Origin: Eledone cirrhosa
Taxonomy: Eukaryota
Direction of reading: 5' to 3'
Assembly (NCBI GenBank): GCA_964016885.1
Contig: OZ024740.1
Location: forward strand, 79,112,001-79,176,000
DNA: 64,000 nt
Of the stretch, positions 37,079-49,680 are shown piece after piece. The position numbers were made by a program, and so were the translations under genes. The first letter of the stretch is position 1. Each line of letters starts with the position of its first letter. The notes under the pieces are model-generated. The model ran no database searches, was not told the DNA's origin, and saw nothing but the letters and a program-made list of their open reading frames with translations.

Positions 37079-40000
37079 ATGACCCTCCCCAAATATAACA
37101 ATATCTGTTTCGACACACGATTTCATATAAAAAACCTCGCAAAACTAATTCATCGCCGCTATGGCATTAGCTTGTGCCAAGCTGAAAGGTTATTGAAAGA
37201 CACTGTTTTCTGTTATATAAAAACTACAATAACAACAGAACAAATCCGCTTCTTAAAACACTGTGTTTCCTCCAAAACATACACAACAAACATATCAAAA
37301 CAAGTAAATAATTTATTATTGAACAAAACACAAGCTGAACGGCTAAAACACACAATAACAGTTAATATGAAAAGAACAACATACACAAAAGTCAACGCAC
37401 TCTACAGACAAAAACGCATCAACGGTAAGGAAATCCGAAATCTCATCACAGCAAACGAGAGAGATGACTTCATGAGCGTCATCCGACGCGAAACGAAATA
37501 TGCTCAAAACGAATGCTGTAGGCATTTCAAGAAGAAATTAGAATGGATGAATAAGAAAAAACTACAAGAAAGGAAAATCGAATATTCTCAAAAATACCCA
37601 GATAACATCGACAACATCCGTATGAGTGATGTAAAACTACCGGAAGAATTTACCAATGACCACACAGTAAATATCTATGGGAACACTTTAATCAGTGAAC
37701 AAGAACAACAAATCCTAAAGTTACCACCAAAATTTGCCATCTACAAAAAGATTAACCCTATGGAATGCAAAACGGAGCTGGAAAAGTGTTTCACAAAAAT
37801 ACGTTGGAATGCAAAGGTAAACAACAACAACAATAATAACGGTAGTAGTAATATAAACAATAACTCTGGGTATAGAAATAACAGCCATAACCATAACAAT
37901 GGCAGGAAAGTGAGAAATAGTGATAATGGCAATAATACTAGCGATAGACAGAACAACAACAACCACAATAATAATAATAATAGAAACGTTAACCACAGAC
38001 ACAGCAACAGTGACCACAGTAGTAATAACGGTAACAATACGAACAACAACAACAACAATAGCCACAGTGGTAATAATGGAAATAGTACATGTAGCAACAT
38101 CAACAAAAACAAGAAACATAATAATAGTAACAACCACAATGGTAAAAATAGCAGTAACAACAACAACAATAACGGTGAAGTAAACAACAATACATCTAGC
38201 AATCATAACAATAATAATATTAATGCTAATGATAGAAACAACAACAACCACCATGATAACAATAATAGCAACACACACAACTATGACGATAGAAATAACG
38301 ACAACCCCTTAGAGAAACTATTTTTCAACCCAGCTGACAAAACATATAAGATGGGTAATATCTATCCTACGAGGTTACCCTTTAATAAAAGAGTTTGCAT
38401 ACCACAGCAAATAGATGACGAGACGGAGGCACAGTTCACCATAGCTAGAAATAAGATTAGACAAGTAGTAGACAGGTACACTATGAGACAGAGCAGACCA
38501 GAGGCCCAACAACTTGGGATAAAACCTGTAGAAGGCTTGGTTAGCCTCAAGCAGCGCACAAGGGATGGTGAGGTAGTGTGTCTACCCACAGATAAGTCTG
38601 GTAGGATGTCAATAGATAGCATGCCGAACTACATCGAGGCAATGCAACCCCACATCACCAACACGAGCGAAGTTGCACAACTAACACACGATGGGAGAGA
38701 AAAAATCCTCAACGCTCACATGATGATGTGGACTGACATCCTAAAGCCAAGCAGACGCACTACCAACAACTTCCAGGCGTCTAACAATGGCATACCACCC
38801 TTGTATGGGCTCCGCAAAGACCACAAGACAGTCGACGACCCGACAACAGGACCACCAACAAGACCCGTATGCGGAGCTAATATAGCTAGCAACTACAGGA
38901 TCTCCTACTTCCTCTCAATGGTTATACGCCCCATAATCAAGATGTCCCCAGATGTATGTGAAAGTACAGAGGACCTCCTCAGCAGAATCAGTGAGTGCAA
39001 CAAAAACAGGAGCCTATCCAACTGCATAATAGGCAGCATGGATGTGGTGTCACTGTACCCATCCATTAACATTGATTTTGCTGTGAAAAGATGTGTGGAG
39101 ATGATCATTGAGAGTGAGGTGGAGTTCTGCGACGTCGACACAGACGAACTGGGCCTCCTACTTAGACTTACCTACGACACTGACTACCTAGACAGCCATG
39201 ACCTTAGATGTTTCTGCCCTAGTAGACCTATAAGAGGTAGACCCCCCACCATAACCTCAATGGCTAAAAAGACTCCCATAGGAAGGTGGATTGGGTGGAC
39301 CAAAGCTATACGGACCCCCCAAAACACTGATCAGGTAAGAAAAATGGTCGCACATGCAATAGGGGCTAGTATCAAAACTACCCTAAAGGGCCACATATTT
39401 AAGTTCAATGAGAAAATCTACACCCAAAATGAGGGAGCAGCCATCGGCGTCAGCATAGCTGGTGATGTTGCCAACCTTTTCATGGTATGGTGGGAAAGGA
39501 GACTTAAAGATCTCCTTAATGAAAGCTCCATAGACCTCATCATGTACTCTCGTTATGTAGACGATATCAATATAGTTATAAGAACACCCCCACTAGAGAG
39601 CACTAACAAGTTTGATTTAGAACGTAGCACGATGGAAAGCATCCAGCAGATAGCTAATTCCATACACCAGAGTATAACTGTAACTATAGACTTCCCTTCC
39701 AAACACCCTAACAATAGACTACCTGTATTAGACACAGAACTCTGGATTAACACTATAGACGAGAGAGCCCAAATTCTCCACTCACACTATGCTAAACCCA
39801 TGGCCTCCAAATACCTGATACTCAAAAACTCAGCAATGTCCAGTAGTGCCTAGTTTAATATTCTGATCGCAGATTTGGTACGAGTGATGAAGAATGTATC
39901 CAGCATGTGCGACCCAACAGAAATGGAAGGACACATCCAACACTTCATCAACCGCATGCAGTTCTCTGGCTACAACCAAAGAGACAGAGTCAGAGTATAC

Positions 40001-40711
40001 GAAGGAGCCATGGAAAAGTATAAGACCCTCATAGAACTGGACATGAAAGGAATTTGCCCACTATACAGGAGCAAATCATGGAATAGCTTAGATAGGGCTA
40101 GACATAAGATAGGGAAGGCCACATCATGGTACGACAACCAGAGATATCAGAGTGTCATGTTTGTGGATGCCACCCCTGGAGGGAAATTAGCTAACCAGTG
40201 TAGAAAGGCCCTGAGAAAGACCCACTTAAAAATAAAGGTGGTAGAAAAGCCAGGAACCACCATAAAATCCCTGATCAGCAAAACCTACCCTTTTAAGAAA
40301 ACCCACTGTACTAATAGGAAATGTATCATATGTAAGGTGAACCCCCGGATAAACTGTAAAACCAGAAACGTAGTCTATAGCATAAGATGTACAGAGGGTA
40401 CTTGCAGAAACATGACAACAACATACATAGGTGAGACAGCTCGTAGCATAGGTGAAAGGATAGACCAACACTGGGGGGAACTAAAAGGACGAAAAAACGG
40501 GTCAGTACTATACGAACATGCTAGACAACAACACGACGGTAACATAGACAACATAGAAATTAGAATAATATCTAAACATAGGAATGACCCAGCAGATAGG
40601 CAAATCAGAGAGGCCAGTGAAATAGAAATTAGAAGACCAAAGCTAAACAGAAAGAATGAGTGGAACAACAACAACACCCAAACAAACAACACTGACCTAA
40701 GAGAAGTATAA
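37079..40711 (+). CDS. PLE polyprotein (RT + GIY-YIG endonuclease), interrupted by a single in-frame TAG at 39851-39853
   Basis: LPPKF, PTDKSG, LYGLRKDHK, TRPVC, SMDVVSLYPSI, QNEGAAIG, RYVDD, LPVLD; then CxxxxCxxC linker, NVVYSIRC..C..YIGET..ERIDQH, EH..QQH, RQIREA, PKLN. The 39875 ORF is in frame with 37079. Confidence 0.88.
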
Positions 40712-41346
40712 ATAAGTAAATAAAATTAAATAAAATAAGATAAATAAATACATACACAAGCACATAAACACACACTAGTCACCCAGCAGACACAACACTA
40801 TACACACTAGTCACACATCACACATAACACTATACACACACGCAAACGCATGCGCAAAGAAGACAAAATAAAATAAGATAAACAAACAAGCAAATAAATA
40901 AATAAATATATAGACAGACTGAACAAAAAAAAAAATGGCGTAGACATACAACACAACAGGAGGAACAATGAATATAACACCACTGACGATGTTGCAGATG
41001 TGCAACGAAAGATTTATGTAAATTATGTAAACTATATATATGTGTTTGTGTCTATATTGTATCTGTATTATTTTTGACCGCCGGTCAGTCAATGGCAACA
41101 TTGAGGACCGAGTAAGTTAGATCGCAGATATATATATATAAAAGACAGCGAGAAGCGAAAACCAACCAAACAGTGAGTGTGTTCTGTTATTAATTCTGGC
41201 AATATTACGTAAATATGACCCTCCCCAAATATAACAATATATATATATATATGCATATATATATATATATATACATGTGTGGGCATATATATATATATGT
41301 GTGTGTGTCTGCGTGTGTCTGTGTGGGTATGTGTGTATATGTGTAC

Positions 41347-41415
<69 letters not shown>

Positions 41416-41467
41416 TATATGAGAGACGTAAAATAAGAAAATTATAAAATTAACTTACTAAAATTTC

Positions 41468-41549
41468 ACTCCCAACTAATTAGTTTCTGAAATGGAATAA
41501 ATATACTGTCCGAAGAAAATATAGAGAAGCATTTCGTCGTCAGGGAAGT
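41468..41549 (-). ncRNA. Type I hammerhead ribozyme motif (copy 1)
   Basis: ACTTCC-CTGACGA-c GAAATG(35 nt)CATTTC a-GAAAC TAATTA GTT-GGGAGT. Stem III ACTAATTAGT is palindromic. Confidence 0.82.
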
Positions 41550-41990
41550 CTATTCTCAGCTAAGTATCCAGGCAAAGCGTGGACTCTGGAAACTTATACA
41601 AAAATAATTCAGTGGATAGAAAATAGCAAAGCGTGGACTGAATTCCTAGCCATTGAGAAAATCACTGCCTACTGCGTCGGTGGCAAATTCAAAAAGAATC
41701 AATCACGTGACATCGAGGTCAATCAGTGGAAAGTGGTTTGTTAAGAAGACAGCGGCCTGCCTGCTACCATAGCAGAAGTCTTGGCCAATATTGCTCGACA
41801 AATAATTTGGAGATAATTATAAAGAATTAATATCTAGTAACATATATATACATACAGATGCATATCAATGCTAGCAAATATATAGGTTTTGTCTTAGTAA
41901 CTTTGTGGTTCAATGCATGGGGTTGCAGAACAATAATATGAGAGACGTAAAATAAGAAAATTATAAAATTAACTTACTTACTAAAATTTC

Positions 41991-42072
41991 ACTCCCAACT
42001 AATTAGTTTCTGAAATGGAATAAATATACTTTCCGAAGAAAATATAAAGAAGCATTTCGTCGTCAGGTAAGT
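41991..42072 (-). ncRNA. Type I hammerhead ribozyme motif (copy 2, one stem I mismatch)
   Basis: As copy 1, with stem I 5' strand ACTTAC. Lies 523 nt from copy 1. Confidence 0.75.
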
Positions 42073-42245
42073 CTATTCTCAGCTAAGTATCCAGGCAAAG
42101 CGTTGAATTTGCCACCGACGCAGTAGGCAGTGATTTTCTCAATGGCTAGGAATTCAGTCCACGCTTTGCTATTTTCTATCCACTGAATTATTTTTGTATA
42201 AGTTTCCAGAGTCCACGCTTTGCCTGGATACTTAGCTGAGAATAG

Positions 42246-42327
42246 ACTTCCCTGACGACGAAATGCTTCTCTATATTTTCTTCGGAAAGTATATTTATTC
42301 CATTTCAGAAACTAATTAGTTGGGAGT
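42246..42327 (+). ncRNA. Type I hammerhead ribozyme motif (copy 3, inverted segment)
   Basis: ACTTCC 42246, CTGACGA 42252, GAAAC 42308, GTT 42319, GGGAGT 42322. Confidence 0.82.
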
Positions 42328-42495
42328 GAAATTTTAGTAAGTAAGTTAATTTTACAATTTTCTTATTTTACGTCTCTCATATTATTGTTCTGCAACCCCA
42401 TGCATTGAACCACAAAGTTACTAAGACAAAACCTATATATTTGCTAGCATTGATATGCATCTGTATGTATATATATGTTACTAGATATTAATTCT

Positions 42496-42540
<45 letters not shown>

Positions 42541-42899
42541 CTGGGGGGAGAGGTAGAGAAACAGTATAATATTTAACCGAAGGTATCTAAATGGGTAAAA
42601 ATTACACTGACAGATGTAAGCATGTCTTTTTTTTTAATTTTGTTTTATACATTTCTCCATTAACAGAAAAAACTTGTGCTTCGATTCCAATTAGTCTTTC
42701 TCAAAGACCGTGTACGCAGAGAAATACGCAACAACTTTGTAAACCTACGAAATATTGTAGTATCAGCAAACTGGTAACTCCAATTTGCATAATATTAACG
42801 CTTAAATTAGTGAGTAAATTGTGCACTAAGCAGCTGGGATATTGGGTAAAAATATATCTTGTTGCTGATGATGTGGATCAAAATTTCAACACCAAACTT

Positions 42900-44590
42900 A
42901 GATATCAGGTGGATACTGGTCCATGAGCGGTTTATGTAAAGTTCATATACTGCAACTCACATACAATGAAACGGACAGATGTTGAATATCTCTACTTGGA
43001 CATTCGGAAACAAGATGGACAGGAAATGATTGTTTTACAAAGACGGTGAAAAAATAGTAAGTTACTCATGAAGTGATATTAGTTATAGCCATGGGATTGG
43101 AGTTTATCTTGAATAGAATTGTTGCCAAGTCTTTATTTGTAGGTTCAGTTAATCATTGAAGTTTGGAGATGAGATTTTGAGGAAAAACCATTTAATGCCA
43201 CAAACATACGGCTTGGTGTTTTAACTATTTACACAAATGAGTTAGATCGATTTTATGATGCACATCCGAAAATTGAACTACCACCTCCAACAGGTGTCCT
43301 CATTCTAATTGAAAAGGCAACTGCTAAGTGTAAAAGATTAAAAAAATCGACAGGTATGAGAAATATTCGGTTTAGACATTAGAAATGAACAAAAAGATTG
43401 TTTAGTTGAATTATGTGCACCAAAACAAACGCTGCATTTCTAATGCATGGTTTAACCAATATCAAGACAACTTTACACTTGGATTTCGCTTGATCGCAAG
43501 ATTCTTAACAAAATAAACTGTTTTATAGTTCATCAGCTATGTAAAAAGGAAAAAAATATTCAGGTGCTAACTACAAAAAGTGACCGCAAAAAGTAACTGA
43601 AACAGTGAACTCAATAGCAACAAGAAGATTAAAATATCTATAAGATAGGATCTTGCAAACATTTCAAAGGAATGTAATGTGGAAATTTAAAAAAATCGAT
43701 TTGAACAGCTTTGGAAATATGAAAAAGAAAGTCGCCAAAAGAAAAATGACTGTAGGAAAAAAGACAAAATATTACCAAAAGAAACGAAAAGATGAAAACG
43801 TTTGAAGTAGTTAACAGACGAAAGATTGGATAAAATTGAATAAAGAAGTTTTGTAAAAACCAGTCGTATGATACCTGAACATTAAGAACAATATAAAATA
43901 GCTGATTCATGAAATTCAAACCATGTTAAAAAAAAGACAAGCTAAGAAACATTGAAGTTATTTGATGAGATTGAAAAAATTCAATAACAAAAATGACTAA
44001 AGATGCTTACAAAGCAGTGAAACTAATAGCAAGAACATTTCCAGTCAAGAAATCAAGAATTCAAGAAATTGTGTTATCAAAGACAAAGATGGTAATATGT
44101 TTTAGGAAAGGAAATGTATACAGAGAATTGATGGAAGGAATACTGCTACAAGAAGACATCAGATGTTAATGAAACAAAGCAATCAAAATGATGAAAGTAA
44201 AAAATGTGCAACAGACTAATGTCTAGAACAAGAAGAGCTATGAAAAAATCTGAAAAACAACAACAGTTTTCCTGGAACAGATGACATAGCAGCAGAACTT
44301 TGAGAATATAATAAAGAAGCCTTAGTGGAATTGTTGCACTGTCTGTGCACAAAAATATGGAACTCAAAGTTATGGTCAAAAGATTAAATTGAATCTTTGC
44401 CAAAAGGAGTGGATGAGAAGTAATGCAGTTTTAAAACAGCAATAGAATTGCTCTGATAAAACATACTGATTGAACAATAACATTAATAAATCATATTTGT
44501 AAAATCCTATTTCAGATCATTGTTTATAGAATTAAAATCAAATATGAAATATAAATATCAGAGGAACAAGTTGGTTTTAGAAATATGCTG
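42900..44590 (+). pseudogene. Highly decayed RTE-like LINE (endonuclease end to RT start)
   Basis: Scattered in-order motifs: WF..LYTWIS (about 43447-43490), FPGTDDIAAEL (about 44268-44301), ISEEQVGFR (about 44555-44582). Confidence 0.55.
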
Positions 44591-45464
44591 TCCAATATGT
44601 CCTTCAATTTCTAAGACGGAAGAGTATGGTTTGGGGGGAATCTGGTTACTATTTCTAGCAACTCGAGTGACTGCGTAAAGTCCCTCCTCCTTAACTCGAT
44701 TGATCAATTAATATATTCTGCTAAAAAAAAGAAGTAATACACCTCCACCCCCACCAGTGAGGGACCCTCTACGATGTTCCCCAGCCTACTAGATATCACT
44801 GAAATCACTTTCGAACATCTAAACATAAGTAAAACTTTTGATAGTGTAGTTCTAAAATAAACTATATTTCAAAATAAGAGAGGGTGGTCTTGGCTGGAAC
44901 ATTTTTGATAATAGAACTTAGCTGGAGCTAGACAACGGTAACAACAAACCGATAAAACAATTTTAGCTCCCTCTTCTCCATTGTCAGACGAAGGTCAAAG
45001 ACCCGAAACCCTGTATTTTACTTCCCCACAACAATTGAACATATTAAACACACTCCTATGGAAAGTTCTTATCAAGCACACGCATCAGCAGTTTTCTAAG
45101 ATCCTGGTGCTTATCCTGACTCTATGAAGACCAATCAAAAAGAAGAGCAGCGGATGGTTGGTATAGATTTGCGATTTTAAGCAGTCAACATTCCTCAAGT
45201 TTAAATTCTTTTATTCAGTTCTGTTACTTGTAAGTGTATCATGTACACTATATATGTATATGTTTATGTATATATATATGTAACCAATACATAAATTATA
45301 TGCATTTAGCACTTGTTACTAAAATACTTGATAAACAATAGGGTTTATATTTCCCATTTGGCCTAGGTCGAGTGCCGGATTTGATATGGCCGACATTTTA
45401 TAGTATAAATGATGCTAACTGCAATAATGTATTAAACAGACCTCAAAATACTAACATTACAATA

Positions 45465-45850
45465 TCTATTTGCAATTCAAGGGTCCCCGATTCTTGCCCC
45501 CTTAGCGGCAATTGTTTTAGTAATAATGTTAAATACAAGTGGGAAGTCACAACACATAACAACACTTACAATTACATAAGAGCAACTGCAAATAACTCAA
45601 AAACCCATTTTTATCCCATTTACACTTATTTAAGAATGAAAAAAAAAACTCTACTTCCTTAGCTAAATGAATTTGGTATTTAAAAGCGATAGTATAAGAT
45701 ACACTGTTAAGTGAGATATTATTAATTCTGCAAAACCTTATGGTGGAGGTAGATCTAAATGCAATCTTCGTCTGACCGAAGCTCTAGAAATTATTACTTC
45801 AAAAATTATTCTCAATTCGAAAAATGAAATAATCCGTTTTTGTCCATATA
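45465..45850 (+). pseudogene. Decayed PLE (Neptune-like) GIY-YIG endonuclease fragment
   Basis: C..PDSCPLSGNCFSNNVKYKWEV..YNYIRAT, then IWYLK, KPYGG..KCNLRLTEALEII, LNSKNEI..FCPY across frameshifts and stops. Confidence 0.6.
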
Positions 45851-46232
45851 GATTATTTTACTTTTTCTTTCACAAAAACTTTGATTTGGATTAATTATAC
45901 CCCTGACGCTCTTGTTTAAATATTTTATTAGCATTTAGAAAACATTTTGCTAGACTAACAGGAATAAATAGTCCCTTTCTGCAAGAATCAATCAAATGCA
46001 AATAATTTATCTTACATATTTTAAAGTCCCAGTGGGAGAATAGGAAAACGAAGATGTAAATAATAACGTGTATATGAATGTGAATGAGAACTTAGGGTTC
46101 ATTATACATAGTAGACAAAGAAGAGGAGAAACAGGTATGGAATTTACAAGATAGTTTAACATAAATGTAGGGTATAAATGTTACATGATACTAATTTTCT
46201 AAATGTTAATAATATATACATATATATATATA

Positions 46233-46305
<73 letters not shown>

Positions 46306-46612
46306 CAAGCCACCCATCTGTGAAATAAAATATCTTGCTAGCCACTGAGCTACGCGTTTTCACTGAGATAACGTATAGACCATCACAAAATACACATACT
46401 TCTAATGTCATAGTCACCAGATCATGATGATCTTAATGCATTATTTAGTGAGAATTAGTTTGTCTTTTTGTGTTTCTGGCAAATCAATTCAATTGATTAT
46501 GATATATACATGTACATGCTTGTACATACTGTACATGCATGTAATGTATAAATATGTTTTGTTAGATACACAAACATACTTACATACATATATTTGAATA
46601 TACACATATAAA

Positions 46613-46682
<70 letters not shown>

Positions 46683-46837
46683 CTTTATGCGTGTATATAC
46701 ATTCATAAATTGTCAAAAATCGATAAACATAAATTTATGTATATTGATGAAATCTTGCATTGCATTTCTATGTATGTATGTATGTATGTATGTATGTATG
46801 TATGTATGTATGTATGTATGTATGTATGTATGTATGT

Positions 46838-47513
46838 TTTCTCTTTCTCTTAATTTCGAGTATATTTTTTTGACCGGCCACCTTCCTGGTGGCAAGGTTG
46901 TAAAAGAAAAGAAATTGTCATCCCTTGAATCGCAAGAATGTTTTGCAAATTTTGAAGGTGCCAGCTATCGCAGCCATTTGCAGACTATGAATTAGGAAGC
47001 TGCGCTTTTTGTCCGCAAATCCAAGTTCAGTCATACTTTGGTCCAAGCGGGTTGGTATATAACCCGTAGCACTAATAATGATGGGTATGAAGCTAAAGGT
47101 GTATCTTGGATACTGGATTTGTAAACTCCTCATCAATGGTCCGTAGATGTCCTCCTTCTCCTGTATTTTTCTGACAACGTTTACATCAAGTGGGCAGCTG
47201 ATCTCCACAACAGAACACGTTTTCAATGTGTGGTCCCAAACTACAATATCAGGCCGCTTGTGCTTTAATTTGGTGGCAGTTTTTATTTTCAGGTTCCACC
47301 AGTATTCCTTAGTGCCATCTGTCTCAATATATTCTTCCTCGTTTGTTGTTAATTTTGTTTTCCGAAGTGCGTTCCAGATGGTTCTAGCTATCCTGTCGTG
47401 TCTCATGGGGAGGTAGTAGCGAGATGACATTCTTTCGCAGCTGGCAACAATGTGGCTTACATCCTCGATCTTTGTTTTACATAGCCTACATTTATTGTCA
47501 GCTGCTGGCCCTA
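46838..47513 (-). mobile_element. 5'-truncated R4/Dong-like LINE (REL endonuclease domain) flanked by (CATA)n
   Basis: ORF 46918-47430: YYLPMRHD..WWN..HKRPDIVVWD..EISCPLD..KEDIY..PIIISATG. Confidence 0.82.
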
Positions 47514-47591
47514 TGTATGTATGTATGTATGTATGTATGTATGTATGTATGTATGTATGTATGTATGTATGTATGTATGTATGTATGTATG

Positions 47592-49084
47592 TATCTCTTG
47601 GTTAAGAGAGTGGGACTGGCTTTGTGCAGTGCCTTTGCTCACTATAAAAGCTTCACGGCACAGGCATTTCTTTATATCTGGAGATCTCTCTGCACTTATC
47701 GTCACATGGAACCATGGACCTAGCACTATGTGTCAATAATTGTCACAAGGTAGTGTTTGTACCAGAGTTTTCAAGTCGCTGGCTGGACTAAAAAGTCACA
47801 CTTGTTCAGCGCATCGGTAGGGGTTCTCCTACATGGATATAAAGTAGTGGCCGTACTCGAAAACGAGTTGGCAGCCACCATGTACGTAGGTATGTATGTG
47901 TGTATGTACGTACGTATGTATGTATGTATGTATGTATGTGTCAGGTCACCAGTTGGTGCTACTGGTAACATGTATCCCAGTACAACCTGTCTCATGGTCG
48001 GGACGTTGGCGACTAAACTGGCAACCCCACCAAGGTTTCTTGGTGAGGAGGGTGACTTTGGACATCCTGCAGGACTAAAAACAAAACCTGTCAAAGGGCA
48101 AAGGAGCTCTTAAGAGTCAATGGCCATCCAAAATCACCGGGAGAGATGACCCCTTAGCCTTTGTCAAGGCAGAATTCTAGGAGAAGGAAAACTCTGATAT
48201 AACACCTGCAACCCTGATGGTATCCAATGATGTTGACTTGTTCTTCTTTCTGGTAAATATCATCTTGGTTAAGAGAGTGGGACTGGCTTTGTGCAGTGCC
48301 TTTGCTCACTATAAAAGCTTCACGGCACAGGCATTGCTTTATATCTGGAGATCTCTCTGCACTTGTCCTCACATGGTACCATGGGCCCAGCACTATGTGT
48401 CAATAATTGTCACAAGTGTAGTGTTTGTACCAGAGTTTTCAATACGCTGGCTGGACTAAAAAGTCACACTCGTTCAGCGCATCGGTAGGCGTTCTCCTAC
48501 ATGGATATAAAGTAGTGGCCGTACTCGAAAACGAGTTGGCAGCCACCATGTATGTATGTATGTATGTATGTATGTATGTATGTATGTATGTATGTATGTA
48601 TGTATGTATGTATGTATGTACGCATCTCATAGGACAAAGGAGCTCTTAAGAATCAATGGCCATCCAAAATCACCGGGAGAGATGACTCCTTAGCCTTTGT
48701 CAAGGCAGAATTCTAGGAGAAGGAAAACTCTGATGTAACACCTACAACCCTGATGGTATTCATGATGTTGACTTGTTCTTTGTTTTGGTAAATATCATCT
48801 TGGTTAAGAGAGTAGGACTGGCTTTGTGCAGTGCCTTTGCTCACTATAAAAGCTTCACGGCACAGGCATTGCTTTATATCGGGAGATCTCTCTGCACTTG
48901 TCGTCACAGGGTACCATGGGCCCAGCACTATGTGTCAATAATTGTCACAAGTGTAGTGTTTCTACCAGAGTTTTCAAATCGCTGGCTGGACTAAAAAGTC
49001 ATATTCGTTCAGGGCATCGGTAGAGGTTCTCCTACATGGATATAAAGTAGTGGCCGTACTCGAAAACGAGTTGACAGCCACCAT
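47592..49084 (+). mobile_element. Three tandem RTE-derived non-autonomous units separated by (TATG)n
   Basis: Units at about 47592-47881, 47940-48549 and 48631-49084 share the 3' end ..GAAAACGAGTTG(G/A)CAGCCACCATG(TATG)n. 48408-48488 reads CHKCSVCTRVFNTLAGLKSHTRSAHR* (C2H2, like RTE C-termini). Confidence 0.7.
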
Positions 49085-49199
49085 GTATGTAAGTATGTAC
49101 ATATGTATGTGTGCAAGCATGATGTCATTGCGTATGTGAATTTGTACGTGTACATGTTTGCATATACAAGATTGTGTTTCTACACGTATATATATATAT

Positions 49200-49680
49200 G
49201 TACTTCTTACATGTTAACTATCTGGAATGTTTTAAATATATTTACAATTTCATTAATGGCTTGTAACTTTGATTTCTTAATCATTCACGTTATTCCTGCT
49301 TTTATGAAGCTCAACTTCTCAAAATAGTTGCTGAGAAATTTAGCTACATAACCACGTTCTCTAATAATTACCAATACAAACCTAAAGCTACAGTTCTGGT
49401 GCTGTAACTGCTGATTGCTCATTAGTTCGGTATAGATGTTTTCATTTTCACTTATATTGAACGTAATCTTAATATCTTCTGGGCAACTAATTTCCACTAT
49501 TGGGTGTATTTCCTTCTCTGCTCCAGTACATTATATCTGGTTTGCTATATTCATATTTTATTGAGGTCCTGACAAAAACATCTTATCACTATTCTTTCAT
49601 ATCATAAATAACTATGTTGATATTACCGGTTTGCATTTACGATGTCTTAGTCACGACATAATGCCTCACAGAATTTGCGT
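49200..49680 (-). pseudogene. Decayed R4/Dong-like REL fragment
   Basis: EISCPEDIKI..ENENIYTELMSNQQLQ..FRFVLVII..GYV, homologous to the ORFs at 46918 and 50767. Confidence 0.65.

Larger units (their letters stand above)
34481..41239 (+). mobile_element. Penelope-like element (PLE), partial tandem: 5'-truncated copy + full 4135-bp unit, inserted in (TA)n
   Basis: 34541-37100 is near-identical to 38672-41237. RT followed by C-terminal GIY-YIG. The 3' end runs about 20 nt into the next ORF start. Short inverted segment at the 5' junction. Confidence 0.95.
41417..42501 (-). mobile_element. Retrozyme-like element: about 520-nt unit in 1.3 tandem copies plus an inverted copy, between (TA)n tracts
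   Basis: Direct repeat about 41417-41580 / 41937-42103. 42104-42501 is the reverse complement of a stretch spanning the unit junction. Three hammerheads and no ORF. A related fragment lies at about 5718-5925. Confidence 0.75.

Noticed and set aside
39851-39853. Selenocysteine recoding in the PLE
   Set aside because: The codon is TAG, not TGA, and no SECIS was recognised.
44985-45015. Hammerhead-like CAGACGA-aGGTCaaaGACCc-GAAAC (also about 6132-6157 and 46345-46425 on the minus strand)
   Set aside because: The core is mutated and stem I does not pair; too degenerate to call.
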